DNA of 64,000 bases from an uncultured Acidobacteriota bacterium (GCA_963827655.1 CAWHCF010000001.1:1-64000); one strand, 5' to 3'. Positions 20,481 to 31,026 are shown, counted from the first letter of the stretch. A program made the numbers and translations. Notes: generated from the letters alone by a model not told the origin.

Positions 20481-23400
20481 TCAGCCTCGCCTTGAGAGCT
20501 CGAACTCGGGCTCGGGCAGCTCAGCAACCGGCTCCAACGAGCGACGGCGAAAACCTCTCCTGAAAAACTGGTGCATCGATTCCATGTAGATGTAAAAGAC
20601 CGGAGTGATGTAAAGCGTGATAAGCTGCGAAAAGACCAGTCCACCTACCACGGCGAGGCCCAGAGGGCGGCGTGCCTCTGCACCGGCTCCGAAACCGAGC
20701 GCAATCGGCAGCGTGCCCATCAGCGCCGCCATGGTGGTCATCATGATGGGACGGAACCGCACCAGGCAACCTTCGTAGATGGCATCCGCGGGACGCTTTC
20801 CTTCTTTTCTCTGCGCTTCGAGAGCGAAGTCAATCATCATGATGGCATTCTTCTTGACGATTCCCACCAGCATGATCACTCCCACGAAGGCGTACAGATT
20901 CAGATCTTTGTGAAAGAGCATCAAGGTCAGGAGGGCCCCGAATCCCGCCGATGGAAGACCGGATAGAATCGTCAGCGGATGAATGAAGCTCTCGTAAAGA
21001 ATGCCGAGGACGATATAAATTACCAGGATGGCCATGACCAGCAGGATGGCTAATCCCTGAACCGATGATTCGAATGCCTGCGCCGCACCCTGAAAACTGC
21101 TGCTGATCGTCGTAGGAAGAGTATCGGCAGCCACCCGGTTTACTGCCTCGACCCCCTGGCCCAATGAGACGCCCTGCCTCAAATTGAACGATACCGTAAC
21201 GGCCGGGAGCTGGCCCAGATGATTGATCGTGAGGGGGCCCACGCTTCGGCTCAAATTCGCGACCGCATTCAGCGGAACCAGGTTTCCATTGGACGAGCGC
21301 ACATAAAGGAGCGACATCGCCTCGGGGGTGGATTGATACTTAGGATCCAGTTCCATGATAACCCGGTACTGGTTGTTGGGGGCATAGATGGTCGAGATCT
21401 GCCGCGCTCCGTAGGCGGTATACAGGGCCTCCTCGACCTGGCTGGCGGTCACTCCCAGAACCGAGGCGCGGTCTCGATTTATGTCAACGTTCACCTGCGG
21501 GCTCTTGAGTTGAAGGTCGCTGGTGACATCCTGAAATTCAGGCAACTCGGCCAGCCGTGCCTCCATAATAGGAGCGAACCGGTAGAGCTCCTGAGTATCC
21601 GGGCTCTGCAGCGTAAACTGGTATAGGCTCTTGGTAAGCTGGCCCCCGATCCGAATAGGCGGAGGATTCTGCAAGAAAACCTGAATTCCCGGCACCTGCG
21701 CCAGCTTCGGTCGTAATCCCTCGATGGTCTCGTCGGCGCTTAGCCGCTCCGAGCGAGGCTTCAGCTTGACGAATACCCTGCCGGTGTTACTGGCCACACT
21801 GAACATCGACCCGCCGATGCTGGAACTGACTCCCTCGATATTGGGATCCTCGCGAAGGATGGCTGCTACCTCTCGCTGATGCCTGACCATCTCCTCGAAG
21901 GAGACTCCCTGAGCTGCCTCGGTCATTCCGAAAATGCTGCCGGTGTCCTCGCTCGGCAGGAAGCCCTTGGGAATCCGCTGAAACATGTAAACCGTCGCCA
22001 CGAGAATCACAATCGAAAAGGCCATGGTGGCGAGCCTGTGCCTTAATACAAATTTCAGGCTCCAGTCATAGGTCCGGAGCATCCCGTCGAAGAAGCGCTC
22101 GGAAGCAGCGTAGAAGCGCCCGTGCCGGGCGGTCGCGGGCAGACGCAGGAAACGGCTGCACATCATGGGGGTCAGGCTCAGGGAAACAAAACCGGAAACC
22201 AGAATGGCCATTCCTATTGTTACCGCGAACTCATGCAGCAACCGGCCTACGATTCCCCCCATGAAGAGAACCGGAAGAAACACGGCGGCGAGTGAGAGCG
22301 TCATTGAAACTATGGTGAAACTAATCTCCTTGGAACCTTTCAGCGCCGCCTCGAGAACGCCTTCCCCTTTCTCAATATGCCTGACGATGTTTTCCAGCAT
22401 CACGATGGCATCGTCTACTACGAAGCCGACTGACAGGGTAAGGGCCATCAACGAAAGGTTGTCCAGCGAGTAGTCCAGCAGGTACATGACCGAGAAGGTT
22501 CCGATAATCGACATCGGAACCGCCAGACTGGGAATAACGGTCGCCGACAGGTTGCGCAGAAAGAGGAAGATCACAAGCACCACGAGGAAGACCGTCAGCA
22601 ACAGCGTAAACTTCACATCGCCCACCGACTCACGGATGGACTCGGAACGGTCAAACCTGATTCTCACCTCGACCGAGGCGGGAAGTTGATCCTGAATCGC
22701 CGGAAGAAGCTTGCGGATTGAATCGACGACTGCAACCGTGTTGACCCCCGGCTGCCGGAAGACGGCCATCGAGATGGAACGAACATTGTTGTTCCAGCTG
22801 GCCGATTTGTCGTTCTCCACCGAATCGATGACATTGCCGAGTTGATGCAGGCGCACGGGCGAGCCGTTCCGGTACGCGACGATGAGCGGACGGTACGCGT
22901 CAGCATCCATCAATTGCCCGTTAGACTCCACCGTGAAAGCCTGGTGCTTTCCATACAACACGCCGGTGGGCAAATTGACGTTCCCGCGCTGGACCGCGCC
23001 CGCTACTTCGTCAATCCCGATCGCGTGCGAGGCCAGAGATCTGGGATCAAGCTGGATGCGCACGGCATACTTCTGCGGTCCGAACACCTGAACCTGGGCC
23101 ACGCCGCTGAGCATGGAAATCCGCTGGCCCACAAAGGTCTGCGCGTACTCGTCGACTTCCGAGAGCCGCAGCGTCGGCGAGCTTATGTACATGAAGATAA
23201 TCGGCTGATCCGCAGGATTAACTTTTTGATATGAAGGAGGACTGGGCATATCGCGCGGCAGCTGGGACGCCGTCTTGGCGATCATAGCTTGCACGTCTTG
23301 AGCCGCGCCATCGATGTCACGGCTCAAGTTGAACTGGAGCGTGATCTGGGAGCTGCCAAGCGCGTTGGTGGAAGTCATCGAGTCCAGGCCTGCTATAGTC

Positions 23401-23615
23401 GAGAACTGACGTTCCAGCGGCGTTGCCACCGAAGACGCCATCGTCTCCGGGCTCGCACCCGGCAGGCTGGCCGACACCGAGATCGTGGGAAAGTCGACGT
23501 TCGGAAGATCGCTGACCGGCAAAGCCCGATAGCCGAGAATGCCGAAAAGCAAAATCGCCAGCATGACCAGCGTGGTCATGACCGGCCGGCGGATGAAGAT
23601 CTCCGCAATATTCAT
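20481..23615 (-). CDS. RND efflux permease (MdtB/MdtC-like, AcrB family)
   Basis: FIRRPVMTTL, GFVVDDAIVMLENI, GIVKKNAIMMIDFA, RFRPIMMTT; 1044 aa. Confidence 0.95.
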   Translation of the reverse strand: MNIAEIFIRRPVMTTLVMLAILLFGILGYRALPVSDLPNVDFPTISVSASLPGASPETMASSVATPLERQFSTIAGLDSMTSTNALGSSQITLQFNLSRDIDGAAQDVQAMIAKTASQLPRDMPSPPSYQKVNPADQPIIFMYISSPTLRLSEVDEYAQTFVGQRISMLSGVAQVQVFGPQKYAVRIQLDPRSLASHAIGIDEVAGAVQRGNVNLPTGVLYGKHQAFTVESNGQLMDADAYRPLIVAYRNGSPVRLHQLGNVIDSVENDKSASWNNNVRSISMAVFRQPGVNTVAVVDSIRKLLPAIQDQLPASVEVRIRFDRSESIRESVGDVKFTLLLTVFLVVLVIFLFLRNLSATVIPSLAVPMSIIGTFSVMYLLDYSLDNLSLMALTLSVGFVVDDAIVMLENIVRHIEKGEGVLEAALKGSKEISFTIVSMTLSLAAVFLPVLFMGGIVGRLLHEFAVTIGMAILVSGFVSLSLTPMMCSRFLRLPATARHGRFYAASERFFDGMLRTYDWSLKFVLRHRLATMAFSIVILVATVYMFQRIPKGFLPSEDTGSIFGMTEAAQGVSFEEMVRHQREVAAILREDPNIEGVSSSIGGSMFSVASNTGRVFVKLKPRSERLSADETIEGLRPKLAQVPGIQVFLQNPPPIRIGGQLTKSLYQFTLQSPDTQELYRFAPIMEARLAELPEFQDVTSDLQLKSPQVNVDINRDRASVLGVTASQVEEALYTAYGARQISTIYAPNNQYRVIMELDPKYQSTPEAMSLLYVRSSNGNLVPLNAVANLSRSVGPLTINHLGQLPAVTVSFNLRQGVSLGQGVEAVNRVAADTLPTTISSSFQGAAQAFESSVQGLAILLVMAILVIYIVLGILYESFIHPLTILSGLPSAGFGALLTLMLFHKDLNLYAFVGVIMLVGIVKKNAIMMIDFALEAQRKEGKRPADAIYEGCLVRFRPIMMTTMAALMGTLPIALGFGAGAEARRPLGLAVVGGLVFSQLITLYITPVFYIYMESMHQFFRRGFRRRSLEPVAELPEPEFELSRRG

Positions 23616-24895
23616 GGGCGCGCCCCCTGCGTGACTTCAAGGGAACTCTTGATTTCCACAATCGAGCCGGGCACAAGCCGCAAGTGTCCGTCGGTGACCA
23701 CCCGTTCACCCGATCGAACCCCTTTCGCGATAACCGCCTCACCGCCTACCGTTCTTCCGACTACTACCGGGCGGGATTCTACCGAGAGGTCCGGCTTAAC
23801 CACAAAGACATAGGGTCCCGACTGGCCGGACTGCACCGCCTGCGAGGGCACGACCACGGCGCCGCGCTCTCTGGTGAGGGTCATGACTACATTGACGAAT
23901 TGTCCCGGCCAAAGCCGTCTCTCTTTATTGGCGAAGGTAGCCTTGAGCCGGATGGTTCCTGTGTTGCTGTCAACCGCATTGTCGACGAATGTAAGATCTC
24001 CGTGAACTGCACCTTGCTCGTCATTGGTTGGGTTGGCGTCGACCCTCAGGTTGCCGGCTGCCATATACTTCTTGATGTCGGGCAACGTCTGCTCCGGAAC
24101 CGCAAAGCCGACGTACAAGGGGGAAATCTGGTTGATGGTTACGAGCGGCGTCTCGTTCGCCCTGACCACATTGCCCTGGTGAACCATCAGGCTGCCTGTG
24201 CGACCGCTGATCGGCGATTTGATCGAAGAATAGTCGAGCTGAAGCCTGACGTTTTCAATGGCCGCCCGATCCGCATGGACAGCCTGCTCGCTGTTTTCGA
24301 TCGCGGCTCGATCCGCGTTCACCACAGCCTCGAGAGCATCCAGGTTCGCCCGCGCTCGATCGTACTCTTCCCTGGCCACAATTCCCTGCTCTACCAGGCG
24401 CTCGAAGCGTTGCGCCTCGACGCCGGCCAGCTTCGCCTGGGCCGAATCCCGCGCCAGATTGGCTTGCGCCTGTTTCCCCTGGGCGACGTTCCTCTGCAGG
24501 TTGGCCTCCACACGCTTGAGTTCCCATTCGAACGAACGCGGATCCACGAGAAAGAGCCGATCACCCGATTTTACTTCGTCCCCTTCCTTGAAATGGACCT
24601 CCTTCAGCTCGCCGGTGACTTGAGACTTTACCGCCACGGTCGAAAAAGCCTCCACAGTTCCGATCACCCGAACTTCGACCGGAACATCCTTGGTGGTTGA
24701 GCTGGCGACAGTCACAGGCACGCCGGATCGTGGTGAGGCCGGCGTTTTGTCATTCGAACAGCTTTGCACGAAGAGTGCGACCGCGACAAGGCCGGTCCAC
24801 ACCTGTCCGGATGTCAATCTTCTGGAAAGAAATAGAAGCAATTTTCCGCCAGCGCGAACGAACAAGAAGGCACGTCCTGAAAGAATCTCGAGCAT
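23612..24895 (-). CDS. RND periplasmic adaptor (MdtA-like); start uncertain
   Basis: VAVKSQVTG, IKSPISGRTG, DNAVDSNTGTIRLKA, LWPGQFV; ATGA overlap with the permease. Confidence 0.92.
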   Translation of the reverse strand: MLEILSGRAFLFVRAGGKLLLFLSRRLTSGQVWTGLVAVALFVQSCSNDKTPASPRSGVPVTVASSTTKDVPVEVRVIGTVEAFSTVAVKSQVTGELKEVHFKEGDEVKSGDRLFLVDPRSFEWELKRVEANLQRNVAQGKQAQANLARDSAQAKLAGVEAQRFERLVEQGIVAREEYDRARANLDALEAVVNADRAAIENSEQAVHADRAAIENVRLQLDYSSIKSPISGRTGSLMVHQGNVVRANETPLVTINQISPLYVGFAVPEQTLPDIKKYMAAGNLRVDANPTNDEQGAVHGDLTFVDNAVDSNTGTIRLKATFANKERRLWPGQFVNVVMTLTRERGAVVVPSQAVQSGQSGPYVFVVKPDLSVESRPVVVGRTVGGEAVIAKGVRSGERVVTDGHLRLVPGSIVEIKSSLEVTQGARP

Positions 24896-24954
24896 ACACG
24901 GCTCTCTGGGAGCCTTATCAAAATAGAAGGTTTGGGATGGAATATCAATCGCTA

Positions 24955-25020
24955 TCCTTAGGCGCCTGGCGTCTCTGTGGTTGATTTCGGTTCCGCAGCA
25001 CTAACCACGACGACACCCAG
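24955..25020. repeat. dispersed repeat family copy
   Basis: GGCGTCTCTGTGGTT...TTCCGCAGCACTAACCACGACGACAC. Confidence 0.7.
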
Positions 25021-25482
25021 TCATGAAGAATCCTTAGAGCTGCCGGAAACTGGTTTCGGTGGCAGAGAAAAGTAATGCCGATAGCGATCGGGCAGTCGTG
25101 ACGGCTTATGGTTGAGATCAACCACGATGTGAGCGGTCTCCCCGGTGGCCAGGAGTTTGGCGCCGACCTTCTCGCGGACTTCATAAGCAAAGCGGATGAT
25201 CTTGTCGGTAGCTGAAACCACAGCCGTTCGGATGACCAGGTCATCATCGAACCGCGCCGGCGCCTTGTAACGGCAGCAGGCTTCGGCGACCATCAGCATG
25301 CACCCGTCCTGGGACTCCATGTCGCGGTAATTGAAGCCTTGTTCGCGGCACCATGCGACTCGTCCGACTTCGAACCAGACCAGGTAGTTCGCGTAATAGA
25401 CGACTCCCATCCGGTCGGTTTCGGCATAACGGACGTTGACCACCGTATCGACGAACTTCGCGTCCTCAGGCATGTCTCGCAT
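25021..25482 (-). CDS. acyl-CoA thioesterase (YbgC/FadM, 4HBT family)
   Basis: VRYAETDRMGVVYYANYLVWFEVGR, YKAPARFDD. Confidence 0.92.
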   Translation of the reverse strand: MRDMPEDAKFVDTVVNVRYAETDRMGVVYYANYLVWFEVGRVAWCREQGFNYRDMESQDGCMLMVAEACCRYKAPARFDDDLVIRTAVVSATDKIIRFAYEVREKVGAKLLATGETAHIVVDLNHKPSRLPDRYRHYFSLPPKPVSGSSKDSS

Positions 25483-25516
25483 AGCAGAACTTTAGCGGTA
25501 ATCAAGGCAAGCAAGC

Positions 25517-25804
25517 TTACTTGAATTCCCGCGCCAGCGCAGCCACCTCCTCGTAGATTCTGCTACGGTGCCCAACGGCCAGAACTCGAATGATCCGGCG
25601 AGGTCGATCAATCGAGTAGACGAGACGGTACCGTTTTACTCGGTATTTCCAGAAGCCTTCGAGTGGAGCCAAGAGAGGAGTGCCTTTATAGGGGTTTTCG
25701 CCAAGGACCTTGAGGGCAGACTTGATGCTACGTTTAAGATCTGGAGGGAAATGACGAATGATCTGCCCCACATGGGGTGGGATATCCGCCTGATAGGCGA
25801 TCAT
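25517..25804 (-). CDS. RelE/ParE-family toxin
   Basis: NPYKGTPL...LEGFWKYRVKRYRLVYSID...VLAVGHRSRIY. Confidence 0.9.
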   Translation of the reverse strand: MIAYQADIPPHVGQIIRHFPPDLKRSIKSALKVLGENPYKGTPLLAPLEGFWKYRVKRYRLVYSIDRPRRIIRVLAVGHRSRIYEEVAALAREFK

Positions 25805-26097
25805 CGACGACGAGTCTTCTTCACAGGAAGAAGTCGTTCGCCAAACACATCCTCAAGAGACAACCCCCGTTTTCCTTTCGCGTAGAATGCCTCGCTCCGG
25901 CGAATCTGCCGCATTAGGAGAGGATCACTAAGAACATCAATGGTTTCCTTCAGGCGTTCATACTCGGCGTGACTGAGGAGTATTGCCGCCGGCCTCCCAT
26001 TGCGGGTTACTACGACCTCCTCTTCGCGCTCCTCTACCCCGGTCACCAGTTCGGTTAGCCGAGTTTTAACCTCTGAAATTGGCAGCGTGATAGCCAT
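25801..26097 (-). CDS. Phd/YefM-family antitoxin
   Basis: ISEVKTRLTELV...VVVTRNGRPAAILLS..EYERLKETIDVLSDP; ATGA overlap with the toxin. Confidence 0.92.
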   Translation of the reverse strand: MAITLPISEVKTRLTELVTGVEEREEEVVVTRNGRPAAILLSHAEYERLKETIDVLSDPLLMRQIRRSEAFYAKGKRGLSLEDVFGERLLPVKKTRRR

Positions 26098-26117
26098 AGT
26101 GAACGGGCTCGATTGTA

Positions 26118-26169
26118 GACCAGAATTCTGGTCGACCTACACTTTATTCACCGACCCGAGGAGTGTCAA
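26118..26169 (-). promoter_or_regulatory. sigma-70 promoter plus palindromic operator of the phd-relE operon
   Basis: Minus strand TTGACA-N17-TAAAGT (26169-26141); perfect 16-bp palindrome GACCAGAATTCTGGTC at 26118-26133. Confidence 0.7.
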
Positions 26170-26194
26170 GGTCCGCGTCCTCGCGTTTTCGGCG

Positions 26195-26261
26195 TTCCTG
26201 GTGTTTCTTCGTGTCTTCGTGTCTTGGTGGTATTTGTTTCGCAGCGAACCACGACACGAAG
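26195..26261. repeat. dispersed repeat family copy
   Basis: CTGGTGTTTCTTCGTGTCTTCGTGTCTTGGTGGTATTTGTTTCGCAGCGAACCACGACACGAAG. Confidence 0.9.
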
Positions 26262-26321
26262 GCCGAAGTAATTGTCGCCTTCCGGCCCATGAGCTAAAAT
26301 CGCCCTCGCGGAGGACCGGAA

Positions 26322-27209
26322 GTGACGCTCACAGTCTTGGTCACGTTCTCGTGGTTGATAGGAGCTGTCTTCGCTCAAGGATCTCGACCCGATGTGAAGG
26401 ACCCGAAGTTGATTGCGGAAGGGGACGCGGTCTTTGCCAAGAGCTGCTCGATCCCCTACTGCCACGGCAAGGAAGGGACTGCCGGTCGTGCGCCCGCGCT
26501 GAATAACCGGAAATGGGACGTCGCGCAGCTCCACCAGGTCATCCTGAAGGGAATCCCCAACTCCTCGATGCCGAACTGGGACGATAAGCTCTCCGAGCGC
26601 GAGATCTGGGCCGCTGTCGCTTACGTGCTTTCGATATCCGCTGACGCTTCTCCTGACAAGAACGCGCCGCCGCCGCCCGCCGCTCAGTCCGGAAGGACGG
26701 CCAAACCCGCGGTCTCAGCCGGCGCGTTGCCGGAGAGCCTGGTTGGACTCCCTTCGCGGGGGGAAGAGCTCTTCTTCGCGCCCGGCGAAAAGGGGTGTGC
26801 CGGATGCCACACGATCGATGGCAAGGGAGTCGCGGTCGGTCCAGACCTTACGGGCTATTCACGAAAAAGCGCGGTGGAGTTATACCGGGACATTGTTTTT
26901 CCCGGCGCCCACGTGGACCCGGCCCAGCAGTTGTTGCGCATCACGATGAAAGACGGAGAAAAAATCGCGGGCCTGAAAAAAGAAGAGACGGCGGCGGCCA
27001 TCCGCGTGTTCGATCTTGGCGGCTCTCCCCCCGTGCTTCGGCGTCTGGCTAAAGATCAGATCCAGCAGATCGAGATTCAGGCGCAGTCCGCCATGCCTTC
27101 CCGCTACGGGGAGATCTTTACATTGCGTCAACTACTGGACCTGGTCTCGTTCCTGAAATCCTCAGGCGCCCCATCGCCCGCGAGGGTTACTTTTCTGGAC
27201 TTGCAGTAG
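26322..27209 (+). CDS. di-heme c-type cytochrome with a putative heme-binding C-terminal domain
   Basis: CSIPYCH (CX4CH) and CAGCH; GIPNSSMP, VGPDLT, SAMP...LDLVSFL. Confidence 0.8.
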   Translation: MTLTVLVTFSWLIGAVFAQGSRPDVKDPKLIAEGDAVFAKSCSIPYCHGKEGTAGRAPALNNRKWDVAQLHQVILKGIPNSSMPNWDDKLSEREIWAAVAYVLSISADASPDKNAPPPPAAQSGRTAKPAVSAGALPESLVGLPSRGEELFFAPGEKGCAGCHTIDGKGVAVGPDLTGYSRKSAVELYRDIVFPGAHVDPAQQLLRITMKDGEKIAGLKKEETAAAIRVFDLGGSPPVLRRLAKDQIQQIEIQAQSAMPSRYGEIFTLRQLLDLVSFLKSSGAPSPARVTFLDLQ

Positions 27210-27279
27210 CGGCGCGGTTTGCGCTGCCTCCATGAGGGTCAGGTTGATTCCGGCAACGCATAACACGTGAGGTAGATCC

Positions 27280-28209
27280 ATGAAGAGAATGGCTCGGTCG
27301 CTTCGACAAATAACCTGTCTTGCCGGCGCCTCGCTGGCGCTATCGATACCAGTGGTTCACGCCCAGGGCGATAGCAAATCACAACCAACGTTCAAGAACT
27401 CAGCCTACGGCCCGCATGAACGAAATGTATTGGACTTCTGGCGGGCAGAGTCGACCACCCCGACCCCTCTGGTGGTGTATATCCACGGCGGCGGCTTCCG
27501 GGCAGGGAGCAAGGAAAGCATCAACCAACGCACATTGCGAGAACTGCTCGATGCGGGCATTTCTGTGGCCGCCATCAACTATCGGTTTATCTCAAACGCG
27601 CCCTTGCCGGCGGCGCACTATGACGGCCGCCGGGCTTTGCAGTTCTTACGCTCGAAGGCGGACGAGTGGAATCTCGACAAGGCGCGCGTGGGTGCGTTCG
27701 GCGGATCCGCCGGGGCTCAGATCTGCATGTATCTGGCTTTCCACGACGAGATGGCCGACAAGAACAGCCCGGACCCCATCGAGCGTCAATCGACCCGGTT
27801 GAGTTGCGTCGCGACCAACGGCGGCCAGACCACAATGGATGTTGATTGGTGGCTCAAGCACATCCCGGATTACAAACCCCACCGGAACTTCACCGAAGCA
27901 CTTGGCGTGTCAACGAAGGAGGATTATCTCAAGAGGGTAGCCGAAGTCTCGGCGTTGTCGTTGATCACAAAGGACGATCCGGCGATTTTCATGAGCTATG
28001 CGATGGCGCCGGGCGATCCCGTCCCGGCTGATTCCCGAAGGGCAGAGGGGTGGAAGGTGCATCATGTCGTGTTCGGCTTGAAGTTGAAGGAAAAGATGGA
28101 CGGACTGGGAGTTGAAGCCCATCTCCAGTACCCCGGCGCTCGAACGGCCTATCGAGCGATTTCGGATTTCTTTGTCCAGAAGCTTGCGGCGAACAAAGGA
28201 CCGAAGTAG
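27280..28209 (+). CDS. alpha/beta hydrolase (BD-FAE/HSL-like esterase)
   Basis: IHGGGF, AINYR, GGSAG, terminal His motif. Confidence 0.9.
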   Translation: MKRMARSLRQITCLAGASLALSIPVVHAQGDSKSQPTFKNSAYGPHERNVLDFWRAESTTPTPLVVYIHGGGFRAGSKESINQRTLRELLDAGISVAAINYRFISNAPLPAAHYDGRRALQFLRSKADEWNLDKARVGAFGGSAGAQICMYLAFHDEMADKNSPDPIERQSTRLSCVATNGGQTTMDVDWWLKHIPDYKPHRNFTEALGVSTKEDYLKRVAEVSALSLITKDDPAIFMSYAMAPGDPVPADSRRAEGWKVHHVVFGLKLKEKMDGLGVEAHLQYPGARTAYRAISDFFVQKLAANKGPK

Positions 28210-28227
28210 GGCCGGCTTGGCTTAAAC

Positions 28228-28273
28228 AGAATACCTCTAAGGACTCAAAGACACGAAGAAACACCAAGAATCT
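28228..28273. repeat. dispersed repeat family copy (reverse orientation) between convergent genes
   Basis: AATACCTCTAAGGACTCAAAGACACGAAGAAACACCAAGAATC. Confidence 0.85.
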
Positions 28274-28277
28274 TTTG

Positions 28278-29582
28278 TCACTGCCGGATGCAGTAGAGCG
28301 CGTCCTGGCTGCGAAGATAGAGACTTCCGCCGGCGATGGCGGGTGTGGCAATGAACATCTGGTCAGCAAGCGTATTGGTGGCGAGGACTTCGTATTTCTC
28401 GCCCATTTTCACCACTACCACATCGTCATCTTCAGTCGCCAGGTAGAGCCTGCCGTTGGCGCCCACCGGCGAGGCCTTGAAGTTGTAAGCCTTGGGCAGT
28501 CGCTGCTGGAGGTAATAGGCCTCGCCGGTGAGGGCGTTCAAGCAGCTCAGCATGCCGCTGTCGGTGACAAAGTAGAGCTTGTTCTCGTGGAGCACGGGAG
28601 AGGAAGAATAAGGATTGCCTCGGTTGTTGGTCCAGGCGATGGCGTCCGTGCTGGTAAGGTCGCCCTCGCGGCCGAGTCGAATGGCGAGCAGATTCGGTTG
28701 GCGGTGACCGCTCATGACATAAACCATGCCGTTGGCGGTAACCGGTGCCGGAATTACATTGCTGCCGAGGCCGGCGGCTTCCCAAATGAGCTTGCCGGTA
28801 GCGGGATCATAGGAGCGCACTTTGGTCGAGGCGCTGACCACCACCTGCCTGGCTCCGTTGTGCGTAACCACCAGGGGCGCAGACCAGGAGCTGACTTCGT
28901 CGCGGGTAGCGCGCCAGATCTCCTTCCCCGTGTGCTTGTCGAGCGCCAGCATGTAAGAGCCTTCTTCCTGGTCGAACTTCAGAAACAAGGTGTCGCCGTC
29001 GAGTACTGTGGCTGAGCCTTCGCCGAATTGAAGCCGCATGCGCATGGGTGGGAACTGTTTCTCCCAGATAAGCTTCCCATTCAGGTCGTATTTGTACAGG
29101 CCGCGCGAACCGAAAAAAGCATAGAGATGCTTGCCGTCAGTAACGGGGCTGTTGGACGCAAAGCTCCCGTAGCGGCGGTGATAGCCCTCGTGCGGCGTGG
29201 CGACCTTGGCGACATGCTCCCACAGGATCTTACCGGTCTGGCGATTGAGACAGAGCACGACGAACTTGTGCTCAATCCCGGCGCCCACTCCGCCGCCGGC
29301 GCCACGCTCCGATGATTGCGGCGCTGACGGCGCCGCTGCTGCTGCGCCCTGTGCGGGCACCGCGGTCGTAAGAAAGATCTTGTCACCCCAGATGACGGGT
29401 GAAGAAAAGCCACGGCCTGGGTCCGGCATGCGCCACGCGATATTCTTGGTGTCGCTCCACTCGAGGGGGACATCGCCACGGGCCATCCCGTCGTTATTGG
29501 GCCCGCGCCAGCGGGGCCAGTCGTCGTCAGCCGCGAACAGGGCGCAAGGAAGCAGCAGAAGCGCGAAGCGTATGGTATTCAC
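28278..29582 (-). CDS. PQQ-binding-like beta-propeller protein
   Basis: GGAGG RBS + GTG 29582; DWPRWRGP, SSPVIWGD, GKLIW repeats. Confidence 0.9.
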   Translation of the reverse strand: MNTIRFALLLLPCALFAADDDWPRWRGPNNDGMARGDVPLEWSDTKNIAWRMPDPGRGFSSPVIWGDKIFLTTAVPAQGAAAAAPSAPQSSERGAGGGVGAGIEHKFVVLCLNRQTGKILWEHVAKVATPHEGYHRRYGSFASNSPVTDGKHLYAFFGSRGLYKYDLNGKLIWEKQFPPMRMRLQFGEGSATVLDGDTLFLKFDQEEGSYMLALDKHTGKEIWRATRDEVSSWSAPLVVTHNGARQVVVSASTKVRSYDPATGKLIWEAAGLGSNVIPAPVTANGMVYVMSGHRQPNLLAIRLGREGDLTSTDAIAWTNNRGNPYSSSPVLHENKLYFVTDSGMLSCLNALTGEAYYLQQRLPKAYNFKASPVGANGRLYLATEDDDVVVVKMGEKYEVLATNTLADQMFIATPAIAGGSLYLRSQDALYCIRQ

Positions 29583-29928
29583 TATTGGAATTACCTCCTG
29601 ATACGGGCGCGCCAGCGCGCGCACTTCATGATGATCGACCGCCGGCAAGAACAGCGCACACTGTTTCAAGCTAAATAATACGTCTGTGACCAGGCCATGT
29701 GTCGGTCACTGCCGAGAGCATTTTGTGCACGAATCAGTCGCAGTCGGGCCGACAATTGCGGATCGAACCGACCCAATGCGCTGTGACATCTCGAACCGCA
29801 GTCGTTAAGATTGCCGCGCGTGGCGTCATCATCTACAATCGCCACGTTTTCTCCGAGCGGATTATATACTATGACCATCAACGCGTACTTGCGTCTTTGC
29901 AGTCAATGCGACCAACAAGAGATTCGCC

Positions 29929-31026
29929 GTGGAAACGCTGCGACCCCGGCAGATCGCCGTTATGGCAGGGACGCTCGCCTGCTTCCTCGGTCTGGCGGGT
30001 TGCGGGCGCGTGGATCAGGCGGATCAAATGGACAAACCCTCAAGCCTCAGGTCGTGACCGAGCGGGTCCGAAATGACTCCGATGACCCCGCCATCTGGTT
30101 GCATCCCGACGATCCATCAAAATCTCTGATAATCGGAACCGACAAACACGAAGACGGAGCCCTCTACGTTTTCGGGTTGGATGGACGCATTATTACCGAA
30201 CAAGACCGTCTCGGGATTGAAGCGCCCCAACAATGTTGACGTGGAGTATGGACTCATGCTCAAAGGCGCGGCAACGGACATCGCGGTCGCGACGGAAAGG
30301 TACACAGGCAAGATCAGGGCCTACAGCCTTCCCGGCATGCTCGAAATCGACAATGGCGGTATTCCGGTGTTCGAAGGAGAGGCCCAGCGAGATCCAATGG
30401 GAATCGCACTCTACAAGCGACCGGCCGATGCAGCTATTTTCGCAATCGTCGGTCGAAAGAGCGGTCCCACAAGAGGAGGGTACCTCTGGCAATACCGGTT
30501 GGAAGATGACGGCTCGGGCAAAGTCAAGGCGACCAAGGTACGCGAATTCGGCACCTGGAGCGGTCGCAAAGAAATCGAAGCGATCGCAGTCGACGATCCG
30601 TTGGGGTATGTCTACTATTCGGATGAAGGATTCGGTATAAGAAAATACTCTGCCGATCCGGACGCTCCGGATGCCAACGTCGAGCTTGCTGTATTCGGGA
30701 CCACCGGCTTTGCGGAAGATCAAGAGGGCATTTGCGTCTATCAAGTGACCGATACTACTGGATATATACTCGTCTCCGACCAGTCGGCGAATCGATTTCA
30801 CATTTTCACTCGCGAAGGGGAGCCGGGGCGGCCGCACAGCCATCGACTGTTGAAGACAATCCGTGTGGCAGCCAACCAGTGCGATGGCTCGGAGGTTGCG
30901 AGCGTTCCTTTGACAGAGAAATTCCCAGCCGGCCTTCTCGTCGCGATGTCGGATGATGGAACCTTTCATTTTTATTCCTGGAAAGACATAGCTGACGGGA
31001 CGCTCGTCGTCTCGAGAAAAGAGTAG
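29929..31026 (+). CDS. beta-propeller (3-)phytase, probable lipoprotein; frameshifts ~30035 and ~30190
   Basis: DSDDPAIWLHP, IIGTDK, NNVDV, KEIEAIAVDD, DQEGI; an alternate-frame N-terminus ends in a lipobox LAGC. Confidence 0.85.
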
